A stretch of 64,000 bases of DNA from Rhodoferax sp. (GCA_003133245.1 PKWM01000036.1:4337-68336), one strand, 5' to 3'; positions 32,101 through 42,939 are shown, numbered from the stretch's first letter. Made by a program: numbers and translations. Notes: generated from the letters alone by a model not told the origin.

Positions 32101-35100
32101 TTGGTCAGATCGCTCATCAGCACATTGGCAACGCTGTATACCAGACCCGATTCGCCCTGCGCCACCACACCGGTGTAGTCGTGGCCGTTGACGGTCAGCG
32201 TGACGGTCTCGCCCACATTGACCGTGCTGGTACCGGTGGCTGCCACCGTGCCGGTGATGGTGGTCGTGGCGGCCAGTATTTCCTGGTTGTTGATGATGTT
32301 GTCACCCGCGATCGGGTTAATCGTGATTTGTGCCGCCAATGTGTCCGTACCGACAGCTTGACCGAAGGATGCGCTGTAAGTGCTGCCCGCCGCGTCGTGC
32401 CCGCTGACCGAGGCAGTGACGGTTTGACCGGCCAGCGTGCTGCCCAGCACGCCAATGCTGTAGGAAGTGCCATCGGCGTTCACGGTGCCAGTGCCAACCT
32501 GCGTTGTGCCCACCATCAGCGTGACCGCGTCGCCGGCGTGGGCGTTGCCACCCACGGTGCCGGTAACCTGCACAGTTCCAAGCTCGGTGTTGTTGACGAT
32601 GTTATCACCGGCGACCGTGCCGATCGTGATGGTGGCGCTAGCCGTATCGACGCCTACCGGATGGGTTGCCTGGGCGCTGTAGGTGCTGCCCACGTTATCA
32701 GTGCCGCTGACTGCGGCAGTGACAGTCTGCCCGGCCACCGTGCTGCCCGCCACGCCAATGCTGTAGCTGCCGTCGGCGGCCACGGTGCCCGTGCCGATCT
32801 GCGTCGTACCGACCATCAGTATGACGGTGTCACCGGCATGTGCGCTTCCACCCACGCTGCCGGTAACCTGCACTGTCTGGCCGACTTCGATATTGTTGAT
32901 GATGTTGTCGGCCGTGACGTTGTTGATCGTGATCGTGGCGCTGGCGGCAGCCACGCCGACCAGGTCGGATGCACTGGCGCTGTAGGGGCTGCCGGCCGCG
33001 TCCTGGCCACTGACCGATGCCGTCACAGTATGGCCGGCCACCGTGCTGCCCGTCACGTTGATGCTGTAGTTGCCGTTGGCGTCCACGGTGCCGGTGCCGA
33101 TCACCGCACTGCCGATGGTCAAGGTGACCGTGTCGCCTGCGTGGGCATTGCCGCCGACGTGGCCGGTCACCGGCACCTGTTGACCGGCTTCGATGTTGTT
33201 GATGACGTTGTCCCCTGTCACGGGGTTCACCGTGATGGTGGCGCTGGCACTGTCGGCTCCGACAGTGTCGTTGGCGCTGGCAGTGTAGGTGTTGCCCACA
33301 CTGTCCGTACCGCTGACAGATGCGGTGATCAACTGGCCGGCCACAACGCTGCCCGTCACGTTGATGCTGTAGTTGCCATTGGCGTCCACCGTGCCTGTGC
33401 CGAGCACCGTATTGCCAATGCTCAGCGTGACCGTGTCGCCGGGGTGGGCGTTGCCGCCTACACTGCCGGTCACCTGTACCGTCTGGTTAGCCTCGACGTT
33501 GTTGATGATGTTGTCGGCCGTGACGTTGTTGATTGTGATGGTGGCGCTGGCTGTGTCCGTTCCGACCGGATGTGTTGCGTTGGCGCTGTAGGTGCTGCCG
33601 GCTGCGTCCTGGCCGCTGACCGAGGCGGTGATGGTCTGACCGGCCACGGTGCTGCCCGTCACGTTGATGCTGTAGTTGCCATTGGCGTCCACCGTGCCAG
33701 TGCCAATCTGCGTCGTGCCGACCGTCAGCGTAACTGTGTCGCCGGGGTGGGCGTTGCCGCCTACACTGCCGGTCACCTGTACCGTCTGGTTAGCCTCGAC
33801 GTTGTTGATGATGTTGTCGGCCGTGACGTTGTTGATTGTGATGGTGGCGCTGGCTGTGTCCGTTCCGACCGGATGTGTTGCGTTGGCGCTGTAGGTGCTG
33901 CCGGCTGCGTCCTGGCCGCTGACCGATGCCGTTACCGTTTGACCCGCCACGACGCTGCCGAGCACGCCAATGCTGTAGCTGCCGTTGGCGGCCACGGTGC
34001 CCGTGCCGATCTGTGTCGTACCGACCATCAGTATGACTGTGTCACCGGCATGGGCATTGCCGCCCACGCTACCTGTGACCTGCACGGTCTGACCCACCTC
34101 GACATTGTTGATGATGTTGTCTGCCGTAACGTTGTTGATCGTGATGGTGGCGCTGGCGGCATCGCCGCTGACGCTGTCGGATGCGCTGACGCTGTAGGTG
34201 CTGCCTGCGGCGTCCGTGCCGCTGACCGAGGCGGTGATGGTCTGGCCGACCAGCGTGCTGCCCAGCACACCTATGCTGTAGTTGCCATTGGTATCCACCG
34301 TGCCAGTGCCTATCTGCGTCGTGCCGATCATCAGCGTGACTGTGTCGCCCTGGTGCGCGTTACCACCGACGTGGCCGCTCACCTGTACTGTCTGACCCGC
34401 TTCGACATTGTTGATGATGTTGTCGGCGGTGACGCTGTTGATGGTGATCGTGGCGCTGACCGCATCGACGGCAACGGTGATCTCAGTAGTGGCTGTAGCG
34501 CTGGCGCTTCCGATCGGATCGGCAGTGGTCACGCTGGCGACGACGGTGTGGTCGGACGCGACCAGGTCGCCTGTCTTGACATCGATGCTGTAACCCAGTG
34601 CACCAGCGGCGCCCGCAGTGACTAATCCGGTATAGGTGTTGCCGTTGACTAGCAGCGTTACGGTGTCGCCAAGCTTGACGTCGCCGCCCACGAGGCCGCT
34701 GACGGCGGTGTTGGGCTGTGCTGCCTCGACGTTGTTGATGACGTTGTCGCCAGCAACGGTGTTGATGGTGATGCTGGCGGTAACAGTGGGAATCTCTTGC
34801 CCTTGTGTCAGCACTGTGGATGGCACGTCGCCTGATGCAAAACCGTAGTTGTAAGACAGCGGGGACAAACCCTCGGTGATGCGCAGCAACTGCACAAAGG
34901 TGCTGCCGCCGCCACCACCACCACCACCCAACCCGGCCGCTGTGGCATCCAATGTTTGATTCAAGTCGGTGCCGCGCTCGAGCGCCTGGATAACGGTGTC
35001 GGCGGTGGCCGGAGTGGTGACAGCACTGTCTTGCGCGCTGGGGAGCTGCTCGGACTGGACTACGTTTTCGTCCAGGCGCACGCTCTGCGCCGGGGCGACG

Positions 35101-35282
35101 GCCAACAAGTGGCCGTCTTCCATGATGAGCTCAACGCGGGCGTCACCCACGGTGCGTATAGTTTCGCCTTTTTGCAGCTCGTCACCGACTTTGAGTTGAC
35201 GACTGACGCCTTGGGCGTCAACGGCAAAAACGGTGCCATTACCAGTGATGGCGGCGACGGTAGCAATAGCAATTTGGGCCAT
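29148..35282 (-). CDS. lapA: LapA-like giant T1SS adhesin: retention module, 13 Ig-like repeats, vWA, RTX repeats, T1SS C-terminal signal
   Basis: N-terminal retention module with DATAAG, repeated ATITIN..T.DNIINN.E units, LVLDTSGSMG and FISDGQPN (vWA), GGxGNDxxxG nonamers. Confidence 0.92.
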   Translation of the reverse strand: MAQIAIATVAAITGNGTVFAVDAQGVSRQLKVGDELQKGETIRTVGDARVELIMEDGHLLAVAPAQSVRLDENVVQSEQLPSAQDSAVTTPATADTVIQALERGTDLNQTLDATAAGLGGGGGGGGSTFVQLLRITEGLSPLSYNYGFASGDVPSTVLTQGQEIPTVTASITINTVAGDNVINNVEAAQPNTAVSGLVGGDVKLGDTVTLLVNGNTYTGLVTAGAAGALGYSIDVKTGDLVASDHTVVASVTTADPIGSASATATTEITVAVDAVSATITINSVTADNIINNVEAGQTVQVSGHVGGNAHQGDTVTLMIGTTQIGTGTVDTNGNYSIGVLGSTLVGQTITASVSGTDAAGSTYSVSASDSVSGDAASATITINNVTADNIINNVEVGQTVQVTGSVGGNAHAGDTVILMVGTTQIGTGTVAANGSYSIGVLGSVVAGQTVTASVSGQDAAGSTYSANATHPVGTDTASATITINNVTADNIINNVEANQTVQVTGSVGGNAHPGDTVTLTVGTTQIGTGTVDANGNYSINVTGSTVAGQTITASVSGQDAAGSTYSANATHPVGTDTASATITINNVTADNIINNVEANQTVQVTGSVGGNAHPGDTVTLSIGNTVLGTGTVDANGNYSINVTGSVVAGQLITASVSGTDSVGNTYTASANDTVGADSASATITVNPVTGDNVINNIEAGQQVPVTGHVGGNAHAGDTVTLTIGSAVIGTGTVDANGNYSINVTGSTVAGHTVTASVSGQDAAGSPYSASASDLVGVAAASATITINNVTADNIINNIEVGQTVQVTGSVGGSAHAGDTVILMVGTTQIGTGTVAADGSYSIGVAGSTVAGQTVTAAVSGTDNVGSTYSAQATHPVGVDTASATITIGTVAGDNIVNNTELGTVQVTGTVGGNAHAGDAVTLMVGTTQVGTGTVNADGTSYSIGVLGSTLAGQTVTASVSGHDAAGSTYSASFGQAVGTDTLAAQITINPIAGDNIINNQEILAATTTITGTVAATGTSTVNVGETVTLTVNGHDYTGVVAQGESGLVYSVANVLMSDLTNGTTVNQVGVSVMMTDASGSQAPATMTATPSLDTLTAQITINPIAGDNIINNLEVADATTTISGTVHGTTTSPVNVGETVTLTVNNHSYTGVVAQDSTTGALTYSVADVKMSDLVVGGVAQQVSVSVTMTDANGSQAPATNTDTPTVDNASAAITLTVSDLNINNQEGSVPVTLSGVVALTANSPAASETVTITDAAGHVIATGVAVDHTTGAYSTTALGSAVAGQTLTATVNGTDSAGSTFSASANQAVAADAASATITINPITGDNIISNQELTGVTTIGGTITANGTSTVNAGETVTLTVNGHPYTGTVVQDPATHLFSYSVANVAMSDLVVNGVAQQVSVSVLMTDANGSHAPATMTDTPTIDTASATITITPITGDNDISLDEAQSTYTTVSGTVGGNAQFGDAVTLTVNGHTYATTVTGTAGNLVYSATNVPTTDLTSANHTVTATVSGHDAAGSTYNASATDTPTFDALVVGTSAGETLVASGGGNDILVGDPGGTTLIPGQSANIVLVLDTSGSMGTNTISFTNSSGKTVTETRLQAMINSVDATLNQLHTSGATVLVHIDQFSTNASSVGTFNVSTTAGLNAAVSAVNALTATNSTNYEAGLQSALGWINSTGTNAPLANANVNKLVFISDGQPNELDNNTTAGAETTTAVSATAAQAIAAALGTLSASGSGQNAIHADSISEVGLIAAAGYNLQAVGIQVGSGMGTSSSPSALGFLSELEGYNYGSVTTGHTADNITTANDLSNTIGTLTGSQVIQTAVGNDVINGGSGNDIIFGDSVNTDALATANAAFYAAHNLLMPPAGAGALVFTQLGWSQTQIYDYVIQNLASSTPTVQLESGRTGGNDMINGGAGNDIIFGQEGNDIISGGAGNDIMYGGTGANTFVWHLADAGTTAAPALDKVMDFKAGDVLQINDLLSDPAGGAHIAGAQTTTSTTLNITDTAGHAQTIVLQGFGSAHDLTNIINSLTTAHSYTGV
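33300..33960. repeat. Near-identical 303-bp tandem repeats within lapA
   Basis: Long stretches starting near 33421 recur near 33724 (offset 303 = 101 codons). Boundaries approximate. Confidence 0.85.
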
Positions 35283-35368
35283 GATGATCTCCGATTGAAT
35301 AAACAGATGCCCGGAGATTAAGGCTGCCCGATGCGGCTGCCTATTGGACTAAGGTACAAATTTGAAGC

Positions 35369-35590
35369 TTAGAGCAAGTCACTTTCGCTATCGCCGGGCA
35401 ACAGTTCGAGCCGGTGCGTCAGGGCTTCACGGCTCTCGCGGCGTTCGAGCAACTTGGCTTGTGCCGCCACGGGCAGATCGGTGAACTGGATCTGCCCGCG
35501 CGTGATGAGCACGTCTATCAGGTCTTCGAGCACACGCGCCAGGGTAATGTCGCTCTCAGCCAGCGCGTTGGGTAGAGTGGGATGTGTCAT
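35369..35590 (-). CDS. Small conserved lap-cluster protein (family often mis-annotated as 'tryptophan synthase beta-like')
   Basis: SD..LARVLEDLIDVLI.RG.I.FTDLP.AAQAKLLER; start overlaps the LuxR stop. Confidence 0.7.
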   Translation of the reverse strand: MTHPTLPNALAESDITLARVLEDLIDVLITRGQIQFTDLPVAAQAKLLERRESREALTHRLELLPGDSESDLL

Positions 35591-36300
35591 GCTTTGGTCT
35601 CGATCGTGGAGGGTGGCGCTGGCTCGGGGAATGCGGCCAGGCGCAGCACCAGTTGCAGCCGATCGCGCACGCCGAGTTTCTCAAACACGGCGCCCAGGTG
35701 GGCCTTGACGGTGCGTTCGGAAATAAACATCAGATCGGCAACTTCCTTGTTCGAGCGGCCCGCTGAGACCGCGCGCGCCACCTGGGCTTCACGCGCCGAA
35801 AGCAAGTGCCACGGATTGACTACTGGTGCGGCCGGTGCAGTGGGTGCCAGCGCTGCCGATGTAGGCGAATTGGCAACTGCGCCCAGACGGGCGAGTGCGA
35901 CGCTGGTTGCGCCGACGAGGCGCTGCAACAGGTCGGGTCCGACCCACAGACCACCGTGCTCTACCACGGTGGCCACCTCTTGCAGCAGCGCGGGCACGGC
36001 ATAGGCGTGGGTGTAGCCGCGCGCGCCGGCGTTGAGGGCGCTAAGGCCTTCAACGGGCTCGGGTGCACCCGAGAGCAACACGACACGAGCGCGGGGCAGG
36101 GTGTGCAAAATCTGCTGTAGATAGAGTAGCCACTGGGCATCAGCGGTGCTCAACCAAACCAATCCTGAGGGTTCATCCTGGGCGCGCAAGTAGGCCAACA
36201 GCGCGGGCGCGTCAAGCACTTTGCCCTGTGCAAAGGCCTGGCGCCAGCGATCGGGCACGGGGGCTGGATCACTGTGCAGAAAGAGATGCTCGGCTTTCAT
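35587..36300 (-). CDS. LuxR/NarL-family transcription factor with a degenerate receiver domain
   Basis: LSAREAQVARAVSAGRSNKEVA..MFISERTVKAHL..VFEKLGVRDR HTH. Confidence 0.9.
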   Translation of the reverse strand: MKAEHLFLHSDPAPVPDRWRQAFAQGKVLDAPALLAYLRAQDEPSGLVWLSTADAQWLLYLQQILHTLPRARVVLLSGAPEPVEGLSALNAGARGYTHAYAVPALLQEVATVVEHGGLWVGPDLLQRLVGATSVALARLGAVANSPTSAALAPTAPAAPVVNPWHLLSAREAQVARAVSAGRSNKEVADLMFISERTVKAHLGAVFEKLGVRDRLQLVLRLAAFPEPAPPSTIETKA

Positions 36301-37715
36301 CGTTCCGTCATTGCGTTGGCTTTGGCACGCAGCACGGGTTTGAGCAAATACGACAGCACCGTTTTTTTGCCGGTGCGAATATCCACCTGCGCCACCATGC
36401 CGGGAATGATCGGCAGTGTCGGGCCCAGACTGGGTTTGTGCGTGCGCACGCGCACCGTGTAGAAAGCGTTGCCCTTTTCGTCGAGGACCGAGTCGGCGCC
36501 AATCTGGGTGACGTCGGCACTCAGGCCGCCATAAATGGAAAAATCATAAGCGGTGAACTTGACCATGGCCTCTTGCCCCGGGCGCAGGAAGCCGATGTCT
36601 TTGGGTGTGATTTGCACTTCCAGAATAAGTGCATCGTCCAGTGGCACCACCTCCACCACCTCCTTGCCGGGTTGCACCACCGCACCCACGGTATTGACCA
36701 ACAAGCGCTTGACTGTGCCGCGCATGGGCGACTTGATCTCGGCATGCTTGACTTTGTCAGCCAACGCCAAACCGCCTTGCGACAGGCTGGCGAGCTTGCT
36801 CATCGTGTCGGAGAGTTCGGCACTCATCTGGTTGCGACTGGTGAGTCGAACTTCTTCAATCTTGCGTGTAGCCTCCTGAATGGACGACTGCACCCGCGCG
36901 AGTTGTGCGCTGGACTGATCGCGGTCACCGCGCAGGCGGGCCACTTCCCGGTCCAGACGCATCATTTCAACCTCGGACACGGCACCGGTGGCCACCATCG
37001 GGCGCGTGGCATTCACTTCTCTAGTGATGAGTTCAAGGCCGCGATTGGCCTGATCTAGCCTGGCGCGCACTTCATTGAGTTCCTGCTGGCGCTGCGTCAA
37101 CTGGTTTTGGGCAATGGAAACCTGGGCGTTGATCTCGGCAAGACGCGAATCGTACAGGCGCTGCTCTTGCGCGACCACATCGGGGGCATCCTGCCTGAGC
37201 TTGGCCGGTGGGTTGAAGGCAGTGCCGCGTGTGAGCGCCTCGAGCCGCAGCACCTTGGCCTGTAGCGCCAGTTCGCCAACGCGGCTCTCCTGCAGGTTGG
37301 AGACAAAACGCGTGGGATCCACGCGCACCAGCAGTTGGCCCGCCTCGACGATCTGCCCCTCGTGGACGAGTATCTCTTCGACCACCCCGCCATCGACACT
37401 CTGAACAATTTGCACCTGGCTGGTGGGCACCACGCGCGCCTGGCCACGGGTGACTTCATCAATGGGGGCAAAGGCAGCCCAGACCAGCAGTAATAGCAAG
37501 GCCAGCCCTGCCAGCCGCAACAGGCTTTTGGCGCGCAAAGGCTCCTGCTGCAAACGCGCCCAGTCAGCGTCGCCAGCCCAGTCAAGCTGGTCTTGCGCTT
37601 CGATGGGGCCGAGTTTTTGCACCAGCCCGCCGAAGGCGGCCTGACTCGGCCGCGCGCCGTGCCTGGCGATTAAGCCGATTCGTTTGAAAACTTTTTCGCT
37701 GAGCCAAGCCATCAT
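36297..37715 (-). CDS. lapC: HlyD-family T1SS membrane fusion protein
   Basis: IDEVTRGQARVVP..QVQIVQSVDGGVV, IKSPMRGTVK, AYDFSIYGGL, IIPGMVAQVDIRTGKKTVLSYLLKP. Confidence 0.92.
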   Translation of the reverse strand: MMAWLSEKVFKRIGLIARHGARPSQAAFGGLVQKLGPIEAQDQLDWAGDADWARLQQEPLRAKSLLRLAGLALLLLLVWAAFAPIDEVTRGQARVVPTSQVQIVQSVDGGVVEEILVHEGQIVEAGQLLVRVDPTRFVSNLQESRVGELALQAKVLRLEALTRGTAFNPPAKLRQDAPDVVAQEQRLYDSRLAEINAQVSIAQNQLTQRQQELNEVRARLDQANRGLELITREVNATRPMVATGAVSEVEMMRLDREVARLRGDRDQSSAQLARVQSSIQEATRKIEEVRLTSRNQMSAELSDTMSKLASLSQGGLALADKVKHAEIKSPMRGTVKRLLVNTVGAVVQPGKEVVEVVPLDDALILEVQITPKDIGFLRPGQEAMVKFTAYDFSIYGGLSADVTQIGADSVLDEKGNAFYTVRVRTHKPSLGPTLPIIPGMVAQVDIRTGKKTVLSYLLKPVLRAKANAMTER

Positions 37716-39871
37716 GCCGCCTTGCCGATACGTCCTTGACGCAAAGCTGTAACCACTTGATCCTTGGGACCATCGGCCACGATACGACCGCCGTCCATGA
37801 CGATGATGCGATCCGCCAGGTCAAGCAGGGAAGTGCGGTGGCTGACCAAAATCAGGGTCTTGCCACGCGCAAACTCGGTCAAGCGGCGTTTGATGTCGTC
37901 TTCACTGGAGTAATCCATCGACGAGGTCGGCTCATCGAGCAGCAAAATGGCGGGGTCGTTGATGACCGCCCGTGCAATCGCCACGCCCTGGCGCTGGCCA
38001 CCCGAGAGCGATTCGCCGCGCTCGCCCACCAGCATCTCGAAACCTTGGGGGTGCTGATTGACGAGGCCGATAATGCCGCCGATTTCAGCCGCCTTGACGA
38101 TGTCGGCGTCTTGCGCCAGCGGCGCACCCAGTGTGATGTTTTCGCGCAGGCTGCCATAAAACAGCATCACGTCCTGCTGCACATAGCCGATCTGGCGCCG
38201 CAGCTCGGCCGGGTCGAGCTGGCGCAGATCGATGCCGTCCACCAGCACCGCGCCTTCGGACGGCCGGTACAAGCCCAGGACGAGTTTTTCAAGCGTTGTT
38301 TTGCCCGAACCGATGCGCCCCAGAATGGCGACTTTTTCACCGGGCTTGATGCTGAAAGTGAGGTTGCGCAAACAAGGCGCAGCTTGACCGGGGTAGCTGA
38401 AGCTCACATCCCGAAAGTCAATCGCGCCTTTGAGGTGTCCGCGGCTGATGAAAGTGGTGCCGTCGGGGCGCTCCACTTCACGCTGCATCATTTCATCGAG
38501 CGAGGTCAGCGCCGTGTCTGCGGTGTGGTACTGCACCAGCAAACCGGCCACCTGGCCCACCGGTGCCATGGCGCGCGAAGCCAGCATGGTGCAAGCGATC
38601 AGGCCGCCCATGGTGAGCTCACGCTCAGAAATCAGATAGACACCGATGATCAGAATGGCAAGATTGATAAGCTGCTGGACAAAGGCCGAAGTGTTGCTGG
38701 CCGTCAACGACAACAGGCGCAACTGCGCACCAATGCGGGCCAGCAGCGCCGCGCTCTTTTCCCATTTGCGCTGAATCGGTGCCTCGGCCGCCAACGCCTT
38801 GGTGGTCTCAAACCCGACCAAGCCTTCAATCAGGATGGCATTGCGCTGGGCGCCGGCGCGGTAGGTGATTTCGGCCAGCTCGTGCATCTGCCCCTGCACC
38901 GCCAGCGCATACACCAGCATGATGACGGCACCCACGCCCAGCGGGATCAGCATGGTCGGTGAAATCCAGCCGATGACGACCATGAAAATCAGCGCAAAGG
39001 GCAAATCAATAAAGGCCACCACCGTGGCGGAGCCGATAAAGTCGCGTACCGACTCGAAGGCGCGCAAATTCGACGCAAATGAGCCGGCTGAAGCCGGACG
39101 CTGTTCCATGCGCATGCCCAGCACGCGCTCCATGATGAACGCCGACAACTTGACGTCCACCCGGCTGCTCGCCAGATCAACAAAACGACCGCGCAGGGTG
39201 CGCAGCACCAGGTCGCTCACCAGCATCACCAGCAAACCCAGGGCCAGCACCCAGAGCGTGTCAACCGCATGATTGGGCACCACGCGATCGTAAACATTCA
39301 TGGTGAACAAGGGCATGCCCAGCGCAAACAGATTGGCCAGCAGCGCGGCCAGTAGCACATCCATGTACAGGGGGCGGCTCTCGGCAATCACACTCCAGAA
39401 CCAGTGATCATGACGACCGGAGCGAACCTGGGGCGTGCGCGCGTCGAAACGCTGGGTTGGCCGGGCGTAGATGGAGGTGCCAAGGTAGTCGGCTTCGAGT
39501 TGGGCAAGGGGCACATCGACCGGTGCGTCGCCCAGCTCCGGATAGGCCACGCGGGCCTGGCTGCGGTCCTCATTAAAGCCCAGCAGCACACAAGCATGTT
39601 CGTCTCGCAAGAGCACGACGGCGGGCAACAAAACGTCTTTGAGTTGAGGTAACGAGCAGCGTACCAACTGGCTGCTCAGATGTGCGCGCCGGGCGGCGCG
39701 GGCAAAAAGACTGGGGGTCAGGCGGGCATGTTCGGCTGGCAGACCGGCCATCAGTGCGTCACGTGTGACCGACTCACCGTGCGCGCGGGCCACAATCTGC
39801 AAACACTGCAACAGATCATCGTTGGTGGTTTTCGCGGCCGGAGCCACCTCCGGAGTATCCGTGTCCGACAT
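37712..39871 (-). CDS. lapB: T1SS permease/ATPase with C39-like domain
   Basis: LFTMNVYDRVVPN, GRIGSGKT, LSGGQRQ, LLLDEPTSSMD. Confidence 0.93.
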   Translation of the reverse strand: MSDTDTPEVAPAAKTTNDDLLQCLQIVARAHGESVTRDALMAGLPAEHARLTPSLFARAARRAHLSSQLVRCSLPQLKDVLLPAVVLLRDEHACVLLGFNEDRSQARVAYPELGDAPVDVPLAQLEADYLGTSIYARPTQRFDARTPQVRSGRHDHWFWSVIAESRPLYMDVLLAALLANLFALGMPLFTMNVYDRVVPNHAVDTLWVLALGLLVMLVSDLVLRTLRGRFVDLASSRVDVKLSAFIMERVLGMRMEQRPASAGSFASNLRAFESVRDFIGSATVVAFIDLPFALIFMVVIGWISPTMLIPLGVGAVIMLVYALAVQGQMHELAEITYRAGAQRNAILIEGLVGFETTKALAAEAPIQRKWEKSAALLARIGAQLRLLSLTASNTSAFVQQLINLAILIIGVYLISERELTMGGLIACTMLASRAMAPVGQVAGLLVQYHTADTALTSLDEMMQREVERPDGTTFISRGHLKGAIDFRDVSFSYPGQAAPCLRNLTFSIKPGEKVAILGRIGSGKTTLEKLVLGLYRPSEGAVLVDGIDLRQLDPAELRRQIGYVQQDVMLFYGSLRENITLGAPLAQDADIVKAAEIGGIIGLVNQHPQGFEMLVGERGESLSGGQRQGVAIARAVINDPAILLLDEPTSSMDYSSEDDIKRRLTEFARGKTLILVSHRTSLLDLADRIIVMDGGRIVADGPKDQVVTALRQGRIGKAA

Positions 39872-39959
39872 GCACAGCCCGTCTTGGTAGGTTTGTAAGT
39901 TTATTCAGTGTACCAAACATAAGCCTGCGTCGCTGCTCTCCTTTCCATGAACCGATGTC

Positions 39960-40028
39960 GTCACTGCGAGCTCAGCGCGGCAGTCCATGGATTCAGGGCA
40001 TGGATTGCTTCACTTCGTTCGCAATGAC
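39960..40028. repeat. GTCATTGCGA...GCAATGAC (CGTC-type) REP-like palindromic element
   Basis: Imperfect 69-bp palindrome. Its reverse complement matches 61269-61298 at 29/30 nt. Confidence 0.85.
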
Positions 40029-40040
40029 AAGTAGAAGGAT

Positions 40041-40457
40041 TTATTTCTTCTGGCGATACTTGCGCAGTGCGGCAAGCTGGGCTGCCATGATCGTCAACTC
40101 GGATGTGGCGCGGGCCAAATCGATATCAGTCTTGGCGTTTTTGAGGGCTTCTTCCGCCGCCAGTTTGGCCGCGTTGGCCTTTTCTTCGTCGAGGTCTTTG
40201 CCGCGAATGGCGGTGTCAGACAAGACGGTGACGCAGTTGGGTTGTACTTCCAGGATGCCACCGGCGACAAAAACAAACTCTTCGCCGCCATCGGCCTTTT
40301 CAATACGCACCGAACCGGCCTTGATGCGCGTGATCAGTGGCGTGTGGCGCGGATAAATGCCGAGCTCGCCGGCTTCCCCCGGCAACGCGACAAAACGCGC
40401 CTCACCGGAGAAGATCGACTCTTCAGCGCTGACAACATCGACATGGATCGTGTTCAT
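40041..40457 (-). CDS. atpC: ATP synthase epsilon subunit
   Basis: [15 protein letters not shown]...[14 protein letters not shown]. Confidence 0.97.
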   Translation of the reverse strand: MNTIHVDVVSAEESIFSGEARFVALPGEAGELGIYPRHTPLITRIKAGSVRIEKADGGEEFVFVAGGILEVQPNCVTVLSDTAIRGKDLDEEKANAAKLAAEEALKNAKTDIDLARATSELTIMAAQLAALRKYRQKK

Positions 40458-40478
40458 ATGTTCCTGGTCCTATTAGTT

Positions 40479-40518
40479 GGGGACAGAGCTTGTCGCTGCG
40501 CAACTGCGGACTGTCCCG
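40479..40518. repeat. GGGGACAG...CTGTCCC inverted repeat between atpD and atpC
   Basis: 7-bp perfect outer arms (GGGACAG / CTGTCCC) around an inner hairpin. Confidence 0.55.
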
Positions 40519-40525
40519 CAAGTTA

Positions 40526-42010
<1,485 letters not shown>

Positions 42011-42907
42011 CTAAGCCCCGATGGCGGCAGCGCCGGAGACGATCTCGGAGAGTTCTTTGGTGATGGCGGCCTGACGGGTTTTGTTATAGACCAGTTTCAG
42101 CTCGCCGATCACGTTGCCCGCGTTGTCGGTGGCGGCCTTCATGGCGACCATGCGTGCGGCATGTTCAGAGGCCATGTTCTCGGCCACCGACTGATAAACC
42201 AGGGCTTCAACGTAGCGCACCAGCAAGTCGTCAATCACCGACTGCGCGTCGGGCTCATAAATGTAGTCCCAGCCATGCTTGGCACCCGCTGCATTCTCGT
42301 GGGCCAGCGTTTCGGCTTCCATTGTGGCTGCCGACAGCGGCAACAATTGCTCCATCACCACTTCCTGTTTCATCGTATTGATGAAGCGGGTGTAGGAAAG
42401 ATAAACGACGTTGACTTCGCCCTTGGCGTAGGCGTCGAGCAAGACCTTGACCGGACCGATCAAGCGCTCCATATGCGGCTTGTCGCCGAGCTGCGTCACA
42501 TGTGCCACCACCTTGGCGCCAATACGGTTGAGGAAACCCAGCCCCTTGTTGCCGATGGCCACCGCCTGCACCGAACTGCCAGCCGCCTGCAGCTCGCGCA
42601 GCTTGTTGGTCACGCTGCGCAGCACATTGGTGTTGAGGCCTCCGCACAAGCCTTTGTCGGTCGTGACCACAATCATGCCAGCAACGCGTGCGTTGTTGGT
42701 TTTCATGAAGGCATGCACGTACTCGGGATTGGCCTGGCCCAAATTAGCCGCGATGTTGCGCACCTTCTCCGCATAGGGCCGCGCCGAGCGCATGCGCTCC
42801 TGGGCTTTGCGCATTTTGGAGACGGAGATCATCTCCATCGCTTTGGTGATCTTCTTCGTGCTCTCGAAGTTTGCGATCTTGCCGCGTATTTCCTTGCCGG
42901 TTGCCAT
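42011..42907 (-). CDS. atpG: ATP synthase gamma subunit
   Basis: [42 protein letters not shown]. Confidence 0.97.
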   Translation of the reverse strand: MATGKEIRGKIANFESTKKITKAMEMISVSKMRKAQERMRSARPYAEKVRNIAANLGQANPEYVHAFMKTNNARVAGMIVVTTDKGLCGGLNTNVLRSVTNKLRELQAAGSSVQAVAIGNKGLGFLNRIGAKVVAHVTQLGDKPHMERLIGPVKVLLDAYAKGEVNVVYLSYTRFINTMKQEVVMEQLLPLSAATMEAETLAHENAAGAKHGWDYIYEPDAQSVIDDLLVRYVEALVYQSVAENMASEHAARMVAMKAATDNAGNVIGELKLVYNKTRQAAITKELSEIVSGAAAIGA

Positions 42908-42939
42908 AAAGCCTCCTTCGTTTTCTAAAGGGGGGCGGT

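Noticed and set aside
30852-34625. 1257-aa plus-strand ORF
   Set aside because: Antisense shadow of the repetitive, GC-rich lapA; no RBS or domain motifs.
31000-34800. Regularly spaced repeats as a possible CRISPR array
   Set aside because: Units are about 300 bp and in frame within a protein; there is no repeat-spacer structure and no cas gene.
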